Assembly (NCBI GenBank): GCA_040776945.1
Contig: JAXGZN010000002.1
Coordinates: forward strand, 608,001-672,000
DNA: 64,000 nucleotides
Direction: 5' to 3'
Source: Methanomassiliicoccaceae archaeon
Lineage (GTDB): Archaea > Thermoplasmatota > Thermoplasmata > Methanomassiliicoccales > Methanomassiliicoccaceae
Positions 10,570 through 18,720 of this stretch are shown here, piece after piece. A program made the position numbers and the translations under genes. Within the stretch, counting starts at the first letter, position 1, and each line of letters starts with the position of its first letter. The notes beneath the pieces were generated by a model that searched no databases, was not told the DNA's origin, and saw nothing but the letters and a program-made list of their open reading frames with translations.

Positions 10570-11747
10570 TCGACATGATGAACGCAAACCACGCCGCCGC
10601 GATCGCCGCCAAGCTCGCGCGGGTGGACGTCACCGCTGTTTATCCCATCACCCCGCAAACGTCCATCTCTGAAAAGCTAGCGGAGATGGTCCAGAAGGGC
10701 GAGATGGACGCCAAGTTCCTCACCGTGGAGAGCGAACACTCCGCCATGTCCGTGCTGATCGGCGCTTCGTATGCCGGGGCGCGTACTTTCACTGCGACCT
10801 CCTCTCACGGCCTTGCGCTCATGCACGAGATGCTGATGTGGGCCGTCGGTGCGCGGAGGCCCATCGTAATGCCGGTCGCCGCCCGCACCATCGGCGCCCC
10901 TTGGAACATCTGGGGAGAGCATCAGGACGTCATCACCGAGCGGGACACAGGCTGGCTGCAGATCTTCTGCGAGAACAACCAAGAGGTCCTTGACACCGTT
11001 CTGATGGCCTACCGCGTGGCCGAAGACCCCGAGGTCATGCTCCCGATCATGGTGGTCGAGGACGGCTTCATAATGTCGCACACCGTGGACATAGTGGACG
11101 TGCCCGAGCAGGATAGGGTGGACCGCTACCTACCGCCGTTCAGGCCCAAGTATCCCATTGACGTCAACAATCCCATGCGCCACGGCGGTCTCGTGATGCC
11201 GGACTGGTGGACCGAGTTCCGCTATCTGATCCACCTGAGCCAGGAGGCCGCGCGGACCAAGCTGGTCGAGGCGGAGAAGGCCTTCGAGGAGGAGTTCGGC
11301 CGCAGCTACGGCGGCCTTATGGAGTACTACCAGTGCGAGGACGCCGATGCCATATTGGTGATCGCCGGCTCCGCCGCCGGCACCGCCAAGGAGGTGGCCG
11401 ACCGCTTCCGCTCCGAGGGAAAGAAGGTCGGCGTGGCAAAGCTGCGCGTGTTCCGCCCATTCCCGGCCAAGGAGGTCCGGAGACTGAGCGAGATGACCTC
11501 CACCATAGGGGTCTTCGACCGGTCCTACACCTTCGGGGACGGCGGGGCCATGTTCAACGAGGTGCGGTCCGCCCTGCAGCCAGGAGACTCGATGGTCAAG
11601 AATTACGTCGGGGGGTTGGGCGGACGCGATGTGACGGTGAAGTACATCGAGTGGATCTTCGAGGATCTCCTGAAGATCTCCGCGGCAGGCAAGGTCGACC
11701 GCGTGGTCGAGTGGGTCGGCCTTAAGGACGGAACCGGGAGGTGGTAG
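10566..11747 (+). CDS. porA: 2-oxoacid:ferredoxin oxidoreductase alpha subunit
   Basis: YPITPQT, ESEHSA, TATSSHG and GLGGRD; ATGA overlap with the delta stop. Confidence 0.93.
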   Translation: MIDMMNANHAAAIAAKLARVDVTAVYPITPQTSISEKLAEMVQKGEMDAKFLTVESEHSAMSVLIGASYAGARTFTATSSHGLALMHEMLMWAVGARRPIVMPVAARTIGAPWNIWGEHQDVITERDTGWLQIFCENNQEVLDTVLMAYRVAEDPEVMLPIMVVEDGFIMSHTVDIVDVPEQDRVDRYLPPFRPKYPIDVNNPMRHGGLVMPDWWTEFRYLIHLSQEAARTKLVEAEKAFEEEFGRSYGGLMEYYQCEDADAILVIAGSAAGTAKEVADRFRSEGKKVGVAKLRVFRPFPAKEVRRLSEMTSTIGVFDRSYTFGDGGAMFNEVRSALQPGDSMVKNYVGGLGGRDVTVKYIEWIFEDLLKISAAGKVDRVVEWVGLKDGTGRW

Positions 11748-11748
11748 C

Positions 11749-12666
11749 ATGGAGAGCCCGACATCTATCAAGAGATACAAGCTGACGATACCTCACGAGG
11801 AATACATCTACCCTGGCCACAGCACCTGTCCGGGCTGCGGCGAGCCGCTGGCGCTGCGCTACCTCCTGAAGGCGCTGGGGCCCAACACGGTCCTCAACGT
11901 CCCCGCGGGATGCGGCGCGGTCATGCCCGGAGTGTGGCCTCGCTACGCGATCAAGGTCCCTTTCGTGGACCATGCCTTCGAGTGCACCGCGGCAGTGTCC
12001 TCCGGCATCAAGGCCGCTCTGGAGAAAAAGGGAAGGGACGACATCACCGTGGTAGGCTGGGCCGGAGACGGCGGCACCGTGGACATCGGGCTCCAAGCAC
12101 TGTCCGGCGCGGTGGACCGTAACACCGACATCCTGTACGTGATGTACGACAACGAGGCGTACATGAACACCGGGATACAGTGCTCCGGCTCCACCCCCTG
12201 CGGGGCGTGGACCACCACAACCCCGGGAGGAAGGAACGTGAAGCAGCGTCAGGGGAAGAAGAGGATCCTCGAGATGATGATCGCCAACGGCATAGTGTTC
12301 GGAGCGACCGTTTCCGTGGCCTACCCCGATGACTTCATCAGAACAATCCGCAAGGCCAAGGACATCAAGGGCCCCAGGTTCATCCATGCATACACGCCAT
12401 GTCCCTCGGGATGGAGGATGGACCCCCGGAAGGCGATCGAGGTCTCGAGGCTGGCGGTCCGCACAGGGGCCTTCCCCCTATACGAATATCACAACGGGAA
12501 GTACAAGTTCACCAAAGAGATTAAGAAGAGGAAGCCGGTTGAAGAATATCTTCGCCTCCAGGGGAGGTTCAGGCACCTGACCCCCGCTGACGTGGCCGAG
12601 GTCCAGGCCCTTGTCGATCGCGAGTACAAGGAGCTGGTGGCCAAGGTGGGGGCGGGCGGACGGTGA
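11749..12666 (+). CDS. porB: 2-oxoacid:ferredoxin oxidoreductase beta (TPP-binding) subunit
   Basis: CPGCG, GDGGT..IG...YDNEAYMNTG and PCPSGW. Confidence 0.93.
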   Translation: MESPTSIKRYKLTIPHEEYIYPGHSTCPGCGEPLALRYLLKALGPNTVLNVPAGCGAVMPGVWPRYAIKVPFVDHAFECTAAVSSGIKAALEKKGRDDITVVGWAGDGGTVDIGLQALSGAVDRNTDILYVMYDNEAYMNTGIQCSGSTPCGAWTTTTPGGRNVKQRQGKKRILEMMIANGIVFGATVSVAYPDDFIRTIRKAKDIKGPRFIHAYTPCPSGWRMDPRKAIEVSRLAVRTGAFPLYEYHNGKYKFTKEIKKRKPVEEYLRLQGRFRHLTPADVAEVQALVDREYKELVAKVGAGGR

Positions 12667-12670
12667 CCGG

Positions 12671-14485
12671 TTGGACAAGCTGCTGGAGAATAGCGGGAGG
12701 CTCCTCCTGCTGGGTAACGAGGCTATAGCTAGAGGTCTGATTGAGGCAGGGGTCGGGGTCGCTACCACCTACCCGGGCACGCCCTCCTCGGAGGTGGGGG
12801 GCATACTCGAGAACATCGCCGCGGATGCTGGGATGTACTTCGAGTACTCAATTAACGAGAAGGTAGCTCTCGAGGTCGCCGGGGCCGCCGCAGCTTCCGG
12901 GGTGCGTTCCTTCGCGTTCATGAAGCACGTTGGACTCAACGTCGCCAGCGACGCGTTCATGACCCTCTCCTATACCGGCGTCAGGGCCGGCATGGTCATA
13001 ATGTCCGCCGACGACCCCTCCTGCCACTCCTCACAGAACGAGCAGGACAACCGCTTCTACGCCAAGCTCGGACTTTACCCCATGATGGAGCCGTCCACGC
13101 CGGCGGAGGCGAGGGATATGCTGGTGGAGGCTTTCCGCATCTCCGAGACCCTGGGCGCGCCGGTGCTGTTCCGCACCACCACCCGAGTGAACCACGCGCG
13201 AGGCGCGGTGGAGCTCCGCCCCGCGCCGAACCCTGTCCGCAGGTCCAATTTCGAGAAGGACCCCCAGAGGTTCGTTACCGTTCCCGCCAACGCCCGCCTC
13301 GGCCGGCTGGAGCAGCTTAAAAGGATGGACAAGGCGCTGAAGCTCTCTGAGGCCTCGAAGCTGAACTTCGTGGTCGGCAACTCCCGCGTGGGGGTCATCA
13401 CCAGCGGGGTCACCTATACATATGCCAGAGAGTGGCTGGATGACGTGGAGATCCTAAAGCTCGGGTTCACCAACCCGGTGCCGGAGGATATGGTCCGCCG
13501 CTTCCTCAAGGGCAAGCAGCGCGTGGTGGTATTGGAGGAGCTGGAGCCGTACCTCGAGGACGAGGTGCGGCGGATCGCCCAGCAGGCCGGGATCGATATC
13601 GAGATACTGGGCAAACGCACCGGGCACCTTCCCCGGGCGTTCGAGTACTCGCCTGACCTCATCCTTTCGCTCGGCTCCGTACTAAAGGTCAGGCCGGAGA
13701 GGACGCCCCTGCCTTCGGTGCCCTTGAAGCTGCCTCCCCGTCCGCCGGTGCTGTGCGCAGGCTGCCCCCACCGCTCTACCTATTACGCGGTGAAGAAGGC
13801 GGTGGGCAAGGATGGCGCGATCTACTCGACCGACATTGGGTGCTACACCTTGGGCGTCCAGCCGCCGATGCAGTGTGCCGACTTCGTGCTGTGCATGGGC
13901 TCCTCCGTCGGCGCCGCGGGAGGCTTCGTAGAAGCGACCGACCAGAAGGTCGTGGCGTTCATCGGCGATTCGACGTTCTTCCATGCCGGCATTCCGGGGC
14001 TGATCAACGCGGTTTACAACCGGCACAACTACACGCTTGTCATCCTCGACAACCGCACCACGGCCATGACCGGCCACCAGCCCAATCCGGGCGTGGGGCG
14101 CGATTATTGCGGCATCGAGACCATAGGTCTGCCGATCGAGCCTCTGGTCCGAGCGTGCGGCGTCGAGCACGTGCGGACGGTCGACCCGTACGACCTGAAG
14201 GCGACAATCGAGGTGATGAAGGAAGCCGTCGAATACAGCGGGCTCTCGGTGGTCATCTCCGAGCATCCCTGCCCTCTCGCGGTCAGGAAGGAAGGCAAGC
14301 TCGCCCCGGTGAAGTACGCTATAGACCAGGAGAAGTGCATCAGGTGCTACACCTGCGTCTCCAAGTACTCCTGCCCGGCCCTCAGCAAGGAGGGCGGCAT
14401 GGTGAGCATAGACCTCTCGCTGTGCATCGGATGCGGGTGCTGCGCGCAGGTATGCCCCAAGCAGGCCATCGAGGTGGTCCAGTGA
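12671..14485 (+). CDS. iorA: indolepyruvate:ferredoxin oxidoreductase alpha subunit
   Basis: LGNEAIARG, YPGTPSSE, KHVGLNVA, SSQNEQD, LCAGCPH, IGDSTFFH and a C-terminal ferredoxin; TTG start inferred. Confidence 0.94.
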   Translation: MDKLLENSGRLLLLGNEAIARGLIEAGVGVATTYPGTPSSEVGGILENIAADAGMYFEYSINEKVALEVAGAAAASGVRSFAFMKHVGLNVASDAFMTLSYTGVRAGMVIMSADDPSCHSSQNEQDNRFYAKLGLYPMMEPSTPAEARDMLVEAFRISETLGAPVLFRTTTRVNHARGAVELRPAPNPVRRSNFEKDPQRFVTVPANARLGRLEQLKRMDKALKLSEASKLNFVVGNSRVGVITSGVTYTYAREWLDDVEILKLGFTNPVPEDMVRRFLKGKQRVVVLEELEPYLEDEVRRIAQQAGIDIEILGKRTGHLPRAFEYSPDLILSLGSVLKVRPERTPLPSVPLKLPPRPPVLCAGCPHRSTYYAVKKAVGKDGAIYSTDIGCYTLGVQPPMQCADFVLCMGSSVGAAGGFVEATDQKVVAFIGDSTFFHAGIPGLINAVYNRHNYTLVILDNRTTAMTGHQPNPGVGRDYCGIETIGLPIEPLVRACGVEHVRTVDPYDLKATIEVMKEAVEYSGLSVVISEHPCPLAVRKEGKLAPVKYAIDQEKCIRCYTCVSKYSCPALSKEGGMVSIDLSLCIGCGCCAQVCPKQAIEVVQ

Positions 14486-15072
14486 AGTACAACATCCAGC
14501 TTGTGGGAGTGGGCGGGCAGGGAGTGCTCCTGGCATCCACCGTCCTTGGCAACGCGGCGGTGGCCGAGGGGCTCCAGGTCGCCATGTCCGAGGTCCATGG
14601 CATGGCCCAGAGAGGCGGCAGCGTGCTGTGCTCGGTGCGCATGGGCGATGAGATATTCAGTCCCCTCATACCCATGGGGTCCGCGGACATCCTGCTGGGC
14701 TTCGAACCGGTGGAGACCTGCCGCGCGCTCAACACCGCGAACAAGGACAGTCACATCATCACCAACATCACGCCGGTGGTCCCCATCAGCGTCTCGGCCG
14801 GCAAGGAGACCTATCCTCCGATCAACGAGCTTCTGGACGCCATCCGCTCGGTCAATGGGAACCTCATAGCGCTGGACGCCACCGCGCTGGCGGTGCAGGC
14901 CGGGAGGGCGATAGCCGCCAACTCTGTGCTCATCGGAGCCATCTCCGCGGTCAAGGGCTTCCCGCTGTCCCGCGAGCGCATGCTCGATTCGCTGCTGGCT
15001 ATCGTCCCGCCCAAGGCCAGGGACATCAACGTCCGGGCGTTCGAGCTGGGGTATGAGAAGGCCAGGTCCTAG
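14482..15072 (+). CDS. iorB: indolepyruvate:ferredoxin oxidoreductase beta subunit
   Basis: GVGGQG and EVHGMAQRGGSV; GTGA overlap with the iorA stop. Confidence 0.94.
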   Translation: MKYNIQLVGVGGQGVLLASTVLGNAAVAEGLQVAMSEVHGMAQRGGSVLCSVRMGDEIFSPLIPMGSADILLGFEPVETCRALNTANKDSHIITNITPVVPISVSAGKETYPPINELLDAIRSVNGNLIALDATALAVQAGRAIAANSVLIGAISAVKGFPLSRERMLDSLLAIVPPKARDINVRAFELGYEKARS

Positions 15073-15109
15073 CGCGGGATCCGAATAATATTTAAGTTCC
15101 AACATCGCG

Positions 15110-15670
15110 ATGACCGCCATCATGAGATGGTGCGCTCCCCTGGCGGCGACGATGCTGGCACTATCGATCGTTGCCTGCGTCCCGCCCGCGGCGGCCTTCG
15201 ACGAGATGAGCGGGATAACCATGACCATGTCGCCGCAGGAGGCCACCAGCGGGGCCCGCCTGGACCTCGTGGTGACGCTGAGCAATCAGAACGACCGGGA
15301 CCTCACCATCACCTCGCTGACGGCGCAGATCTACAACGGCGGGATGTTCTCTCCGGAGGCTAAGTACGAGATGTACCACATAAATCCCTCCGAGGGCCTC
15401 GTGCCGGCTAACGGTACAAGGTCGTTCGAGCTCGGCGGGAACGCTCCTAAGTACGTGGGCATGTGCTCGGTGGCGGTGACCATCGCCGGCGTGTTCGAGG
15501 GCGATGAGAACGCCTCCATCGACATCCTACTCTCGTCCATCACGCTTAATCCCGATATCTGGGGCTTCATGCTGACGGGTGCGCTGCTGTTCATCATCCC
15601 GCTGGTGATCGCGGTCGCCGCCATAGCCGTCGTGATATGGCACAACGGCAAGAGCAGGGGCGGCCGGTAA
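15110..15670 (+). CDS. secreted protein with C-terminal membrane anchor
   Basis: Signal peptide (AAA-F), beta-rich middle region, C-terminal TM helix with basic tail; TATA-like box at 15085-15095. Confidence 0.8.
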   Translation: MTAIMRWCAPLAATMLALSIVACVPPAAAFDEMSGITMTMSPQEATSGARLDLVVTLSNQNDRDLTITSLTAQIYNGGMFSPEAKYEMYHINPSEGLVPANGTRSFELGGNAPKYVGMCSVAVTIAGVFEGDENASIDILLSSITLNPDIWGFMLTGALLFIIPLVIAVAAIAVVIWHNGKSRGGR

Positions 15671-15744
15671 GGCGGGCGTCCGAGAGCCCGATCGCTCCGC
15701 CGATGTCATGCCCGGAAAGGATCTCACGCCCTCTCCATCTAGCG

Positions 15745-16845
15745 CTAGGCTACCGGCGCCACCTGTTGCAGCGCGTAGCCGATGATAACTCGGATGTAGC
15801 CTCGAAGCCGCTCGTCCAGCTCAGGGTCCCCGGTATCCACCCGGAGGACCCTGGTCTCCCTCAGCTTATTGGGGGTGGCCATTACCACGATGCTCCGGAT
15901 GCCGGCCATCTCGATGACCCGGTGCGATATCTGCTGGTTCCCACGGCCGAAGATGAAGCCCTGGGCCCCGATGGGCGAGACCACGATCTTGGCCTTGGAG
16001 TATTGTGGCAACGCTCTTAAGATGGCGTCCTCGTCAACGTCCTTGGCCAGGAGCCTGCGGTCCGCCACCAGGTCCACCCCCAGCAGCGTCTTGCTGATGC
16101 CCAGCCTATCGGCGAGGGCCTTGATGGTGGTGCCCGGTCCAAGAATGTAAAGGACGCCGTTCTCCATGTTGTCGATGAAGTGCTTTGCCATCGCCTCCTT
16201 GTGCTGGTCCTCGGTGGCACCTCCGAGAGCGAGCTTGTACGGCTGCATCAGGGCCGGCTCGCTCGGCGTCAGCATATAGCCATATAGTGAACCGCTCAGC
16301 CTTCCTCGCCGCATCTCCTCTTCGTCCACGTCCATGACCTCAGAGGGGTGGGCCGGGAGGTTCTCAACTCGCGTTCTCCTGAGGAGGGCCCCCGCGTCCT
16401 GGGGCGTGTTGGCGAAGACGCCGGACTGCATCTTCACGCCCGACGGTATGCCGATGACCGGGGCCGCCTCACCGATCACGTCCATTATGTCGCGCGCCGT
16501 GCCATCGCCCCCGGTGAACATCAGAACATCCACGCCGGCCTTCAGGATGGCCGTGCATGCCTCCCTGGTATCCTTCTCCCCGGTTGGATCTCCCGGTGTG
16601 TACACGACCGTCACCCTTGGAGTATGACGCCGGAGGACATCCTCGCCCATCGTGCCTCCGGCGGTGAAGAATTCGTAGCCTTCGAGGTCCCCGGCGGCGC
16701 GAAGCGCCTCCTCGGTCCTGCGCTGGGCGATGGGGCGGGCTCCCCTCCTCATAGCCTCTTCCAGTATCTCCGCCGTATCTGTTCCCTTGAGCCCGGCCGC
16801 CCCTCCCATCCCGGCTATAGGGTTGATGATAAGTCCAACGCGCAC
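15745..16845 (-). CDS. ATP-NAD kinase family protein (COG3199/AcoX-like)
   Basis: INPIAGMGG..GLKGTD, GGDGTARD, IPSGVKMQS and GRGNQQ. Confidence 0.88.
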   Translation of the reverse strand: MRVGLIINPIAGMGGAAGLKGTDTAEILEEAMRRGARPIAQRRTEEALRAAGDLEGYEFFTAGGTMGEDVLRRHTPRVTVVYTPGDPTGEKDTREACTAILKAGVDVLMFTGGDGTARDIMDVIGEAAPVIGIPSGVKMQSGVFANTPQDAGALLRRTRVENLPAHPSEVMDVDEEEMRRGRLSGSLYGYMLTPSEPALMQPYKLALGGATEDQHKEAMAKHFIDNMENGVLYILGPGTTIKALADRLGISKTLLGVDLVADRRLLAKDVDEDAILRALPQYSKAKIVVSPIGAQGFIFGRGNQQISHRVIEMAGIRSIVVMATPNKLRETRVLRVDTGDPELDERLRGYIRVIIGYALQQVAPVA

Positions 16846-16934
16846 GCAACAACATTATTGGAAGGACGATAAAAAAGATAGGAAAAACGAGAGGGACGGG
16901 GAGGCCGGGGGGACGTACCTCCTCGCGTCCCTGC

Positions 16935-17738
16935 TCATCTTGATAGAAGTTCAGGACCCACTGTGGTGGTGAAGGTCATGTCCACGGCCTTCGGGTCGAC
17001 GCTGGCGGTCACCATCCCCGCTACCGGCGCGGCCGCGGGCCGGGCGACTATGGCGATGTCGGGCATCTCCCTGTAGTACGCCTCGACCTCCTCACGTATA
17101 GGCGAGATGAGCTCTTGAGTGATCCTCTGGGTCATGGAATCGATCATGCTTCCGATCGACCTCTCCATGATGGCGAAGCTCTCGTTGACCGGGATGTCCC
17201 CGGCCAGGTCCAGCAGCCGATCGTTCTCCAGAACGATCGTGTTCTCGGCGACCCCGCGGAGCTTCTTGATCCCCTCCTTGGCGGCGGCCTGCCTTCCCCT
17301 CTCGTACGAGAACGGGTTGATGGCGATGGCGAAGGTGACCGCGTTGAGCCCCTTGGCGACGTCGGCCACAATGGGCGCCGCACCGGTCCCGGTGCCGCCC
17401 CCCATCCCTGCGATGACGATGACTATGTCACTGCCCTTAAGAACGCTCTCGAGGGCCGATCTGGCCTGATGCGCGCAATGTTCCCCGACCTCCGGGAATC
17501 CCCTGGCTCCCTGGCCATGGGTCACGTCCTTACCGATAAGTATCTTCTTACTGGCGTTGATCCGCTCTAACTTGGTCTCATCGGTGTTGACGGCAACAGT
17601 TTCCACCTTCTTGTTGCTCCAGTAGATGCTGTTGACCACGTTGTTCCCGGCTCCGCCGCATCCCACGACGGATATCTTCGGTTCTAGGAGGCCCTTGCTT
17701 AGAGTGGCCACTAATTGATCGCTCTTGCTGTGCATCAT
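16935..17738 (-). CDS. ftsZ: FtsZ-family GTPase, C-terminally truncated (no T7 loop or activation domain)
   Basis: VVGCGGAGNN, AVNTD, GMGGGTGTG, PFSYER and LENDRLL are present; the expected NxDxxD is absent. GAGGGAG RBS before ATG 17738. Confidence 0.85.
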   Translation of the reverse strand: MMHSKSDQLVATLSKGLLEPKISVVGCGGAGNNVVNSIYWSNKKVETVAVNTDETKLERINASKKILIGKDVTHGQGARGFPEVGEHCAHQARSALESVLKGSDIVIVIAGMGGGTGTGAAPIVADVAKGLNAVTFAIAINPFSYERGRQAAAKEGIKKLRGVAENTIVLENDRLLDLAGDIPVNESFAIMERSIGSMIDSMTQRITQELISPIREEVEAYYREMPDIAIVARPAAAPVAGMVTASVDPKAVDMTFTTTVGPELLSR

Positions 17739-17848
17739 CCCCGCTCCCTCTCCGTCCCCAACCAAAGGTGGGCTGGAGGGCCCCATTGCTGGGGCCCCGT
17801 GCATCCCATCCCTCTGCAGACCACATCCCTTGGATCTGATAAGCTCTT

Positions 17849-18232
17849 TCAGTCAGGTATCACCTGTACCGTGCTCTTGAGGGCCTCCATTTTCTGCTTC
17901 TTCGTTGCCTCAAGGAATTCCTCGGTGTCGATGAACTTCTTCCTGATGCACTCCACCACCGCTTCCTCGGGGGAATTGTATATCCCTGCCCGGACCGAGG
18001 TCATGATGGTCTCATGCGCGAACCGGGGGACCTCGATAGTCATCACGTTGCTCTTCTTGCCGAGCTTCGTGGCTTCGGTTGCCCTGTCCCCCTCGAACTG
18101 CTCGATGAACGAACGAATGGCCACCCTGGCGAAGTTGGAGCGGTTCGAGTACTCAGGATGCTTCTTGATGAAACCATCAAGAAGGATCAGGTCCTCGGGT
18201 TCCAACCGCAGTGAGATCCTTTCTCCGTCCAC
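17849..18232 (-). CDS. tandem ribbon-helix-helix (CopG/CdrS-like) regulator
   Basis: ERISLRL...YSNRSNFARVAIRSF and a second unit VMTIEVP...GIYNSPEEAVVECIR; GAGGTGA RBS before GTG. Confidence 0.82.
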   Translation of the reverse strand: MDGERISLRLEPEDLILLDGFIKKHPEYSNRSNFARVAIRSFIEQFEGDRATEATKLGKKSNVMTIEVPRFAHETIMTSVRAGIYNSPEEAVVECIRKKFIDTEEFLEATKKQKMEALKSTVQVIPD

Positions 18233-18299
18233 GTTAGCTCACCTCTGTATTAGAGACGATTGGGAAATGTCCTATTTAGTATATAAAAATATGTCACTC

Positions 18300-18420
18300 G
18301 TCATATATTGTCATACTCAATTTTGATATTTTGATCCTGATCTACCCAGTCATCGATTTGAGAATTTATAATAATTTTTGGTAAAAGCCACAGTTCTATT
18401 CAATATGACAATGTACGACG
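18300..18420. promoter_or_regulatory. inverted pair of TGAC-containing sites upstream of the RHH-ftsZ promoter
   Basis: gtcatatattgtcata (18300-18315) and tatgacaatgtacgac (18404-18419) match 14/16 as an inverted repeat; minus-strand TTTTTATATA box at about 18280-18289. Confidence 0.55.
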
Positions 18421-18720
18421 GGGTCGATAATGGCCTTGCAATGCGAGCCGGCGGAAGATCGGCGCGATCGTGAGCGCCGCGGGCGGACCCAGCGCATCTC
18501 TCCATGCCCGGACCTTCCCGGCCATAAAATTGGGGCCTTACCGGACACGGCCTCAGAGATCATGAACGACCTCGGCGTTCATAGAGTCGCTCGCCGCACG
18601 AAGGGCGTCGCACTCGGAACCCAGGCAACCGCTCCCCATCCAGCCATGCCAACCAAGATGCGGTCGGATATGCATCCTATTTATAACAATAGCGTATTCC
18701 TGGCCACAATAGGTGTAGCG

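Noticed and set aside
13753-14481. Long N-terminal extension of iorB in the ORF track
   Set aside because: It is an off-frame shadow of iorA; the true start is GTG 14482.
18430-18720. 97-aa N-terminal extension on LeuRS
   Set aside because: The sequence is not protein-like; a TATA-like box at about 18678 and homology both point to ATG 18721.
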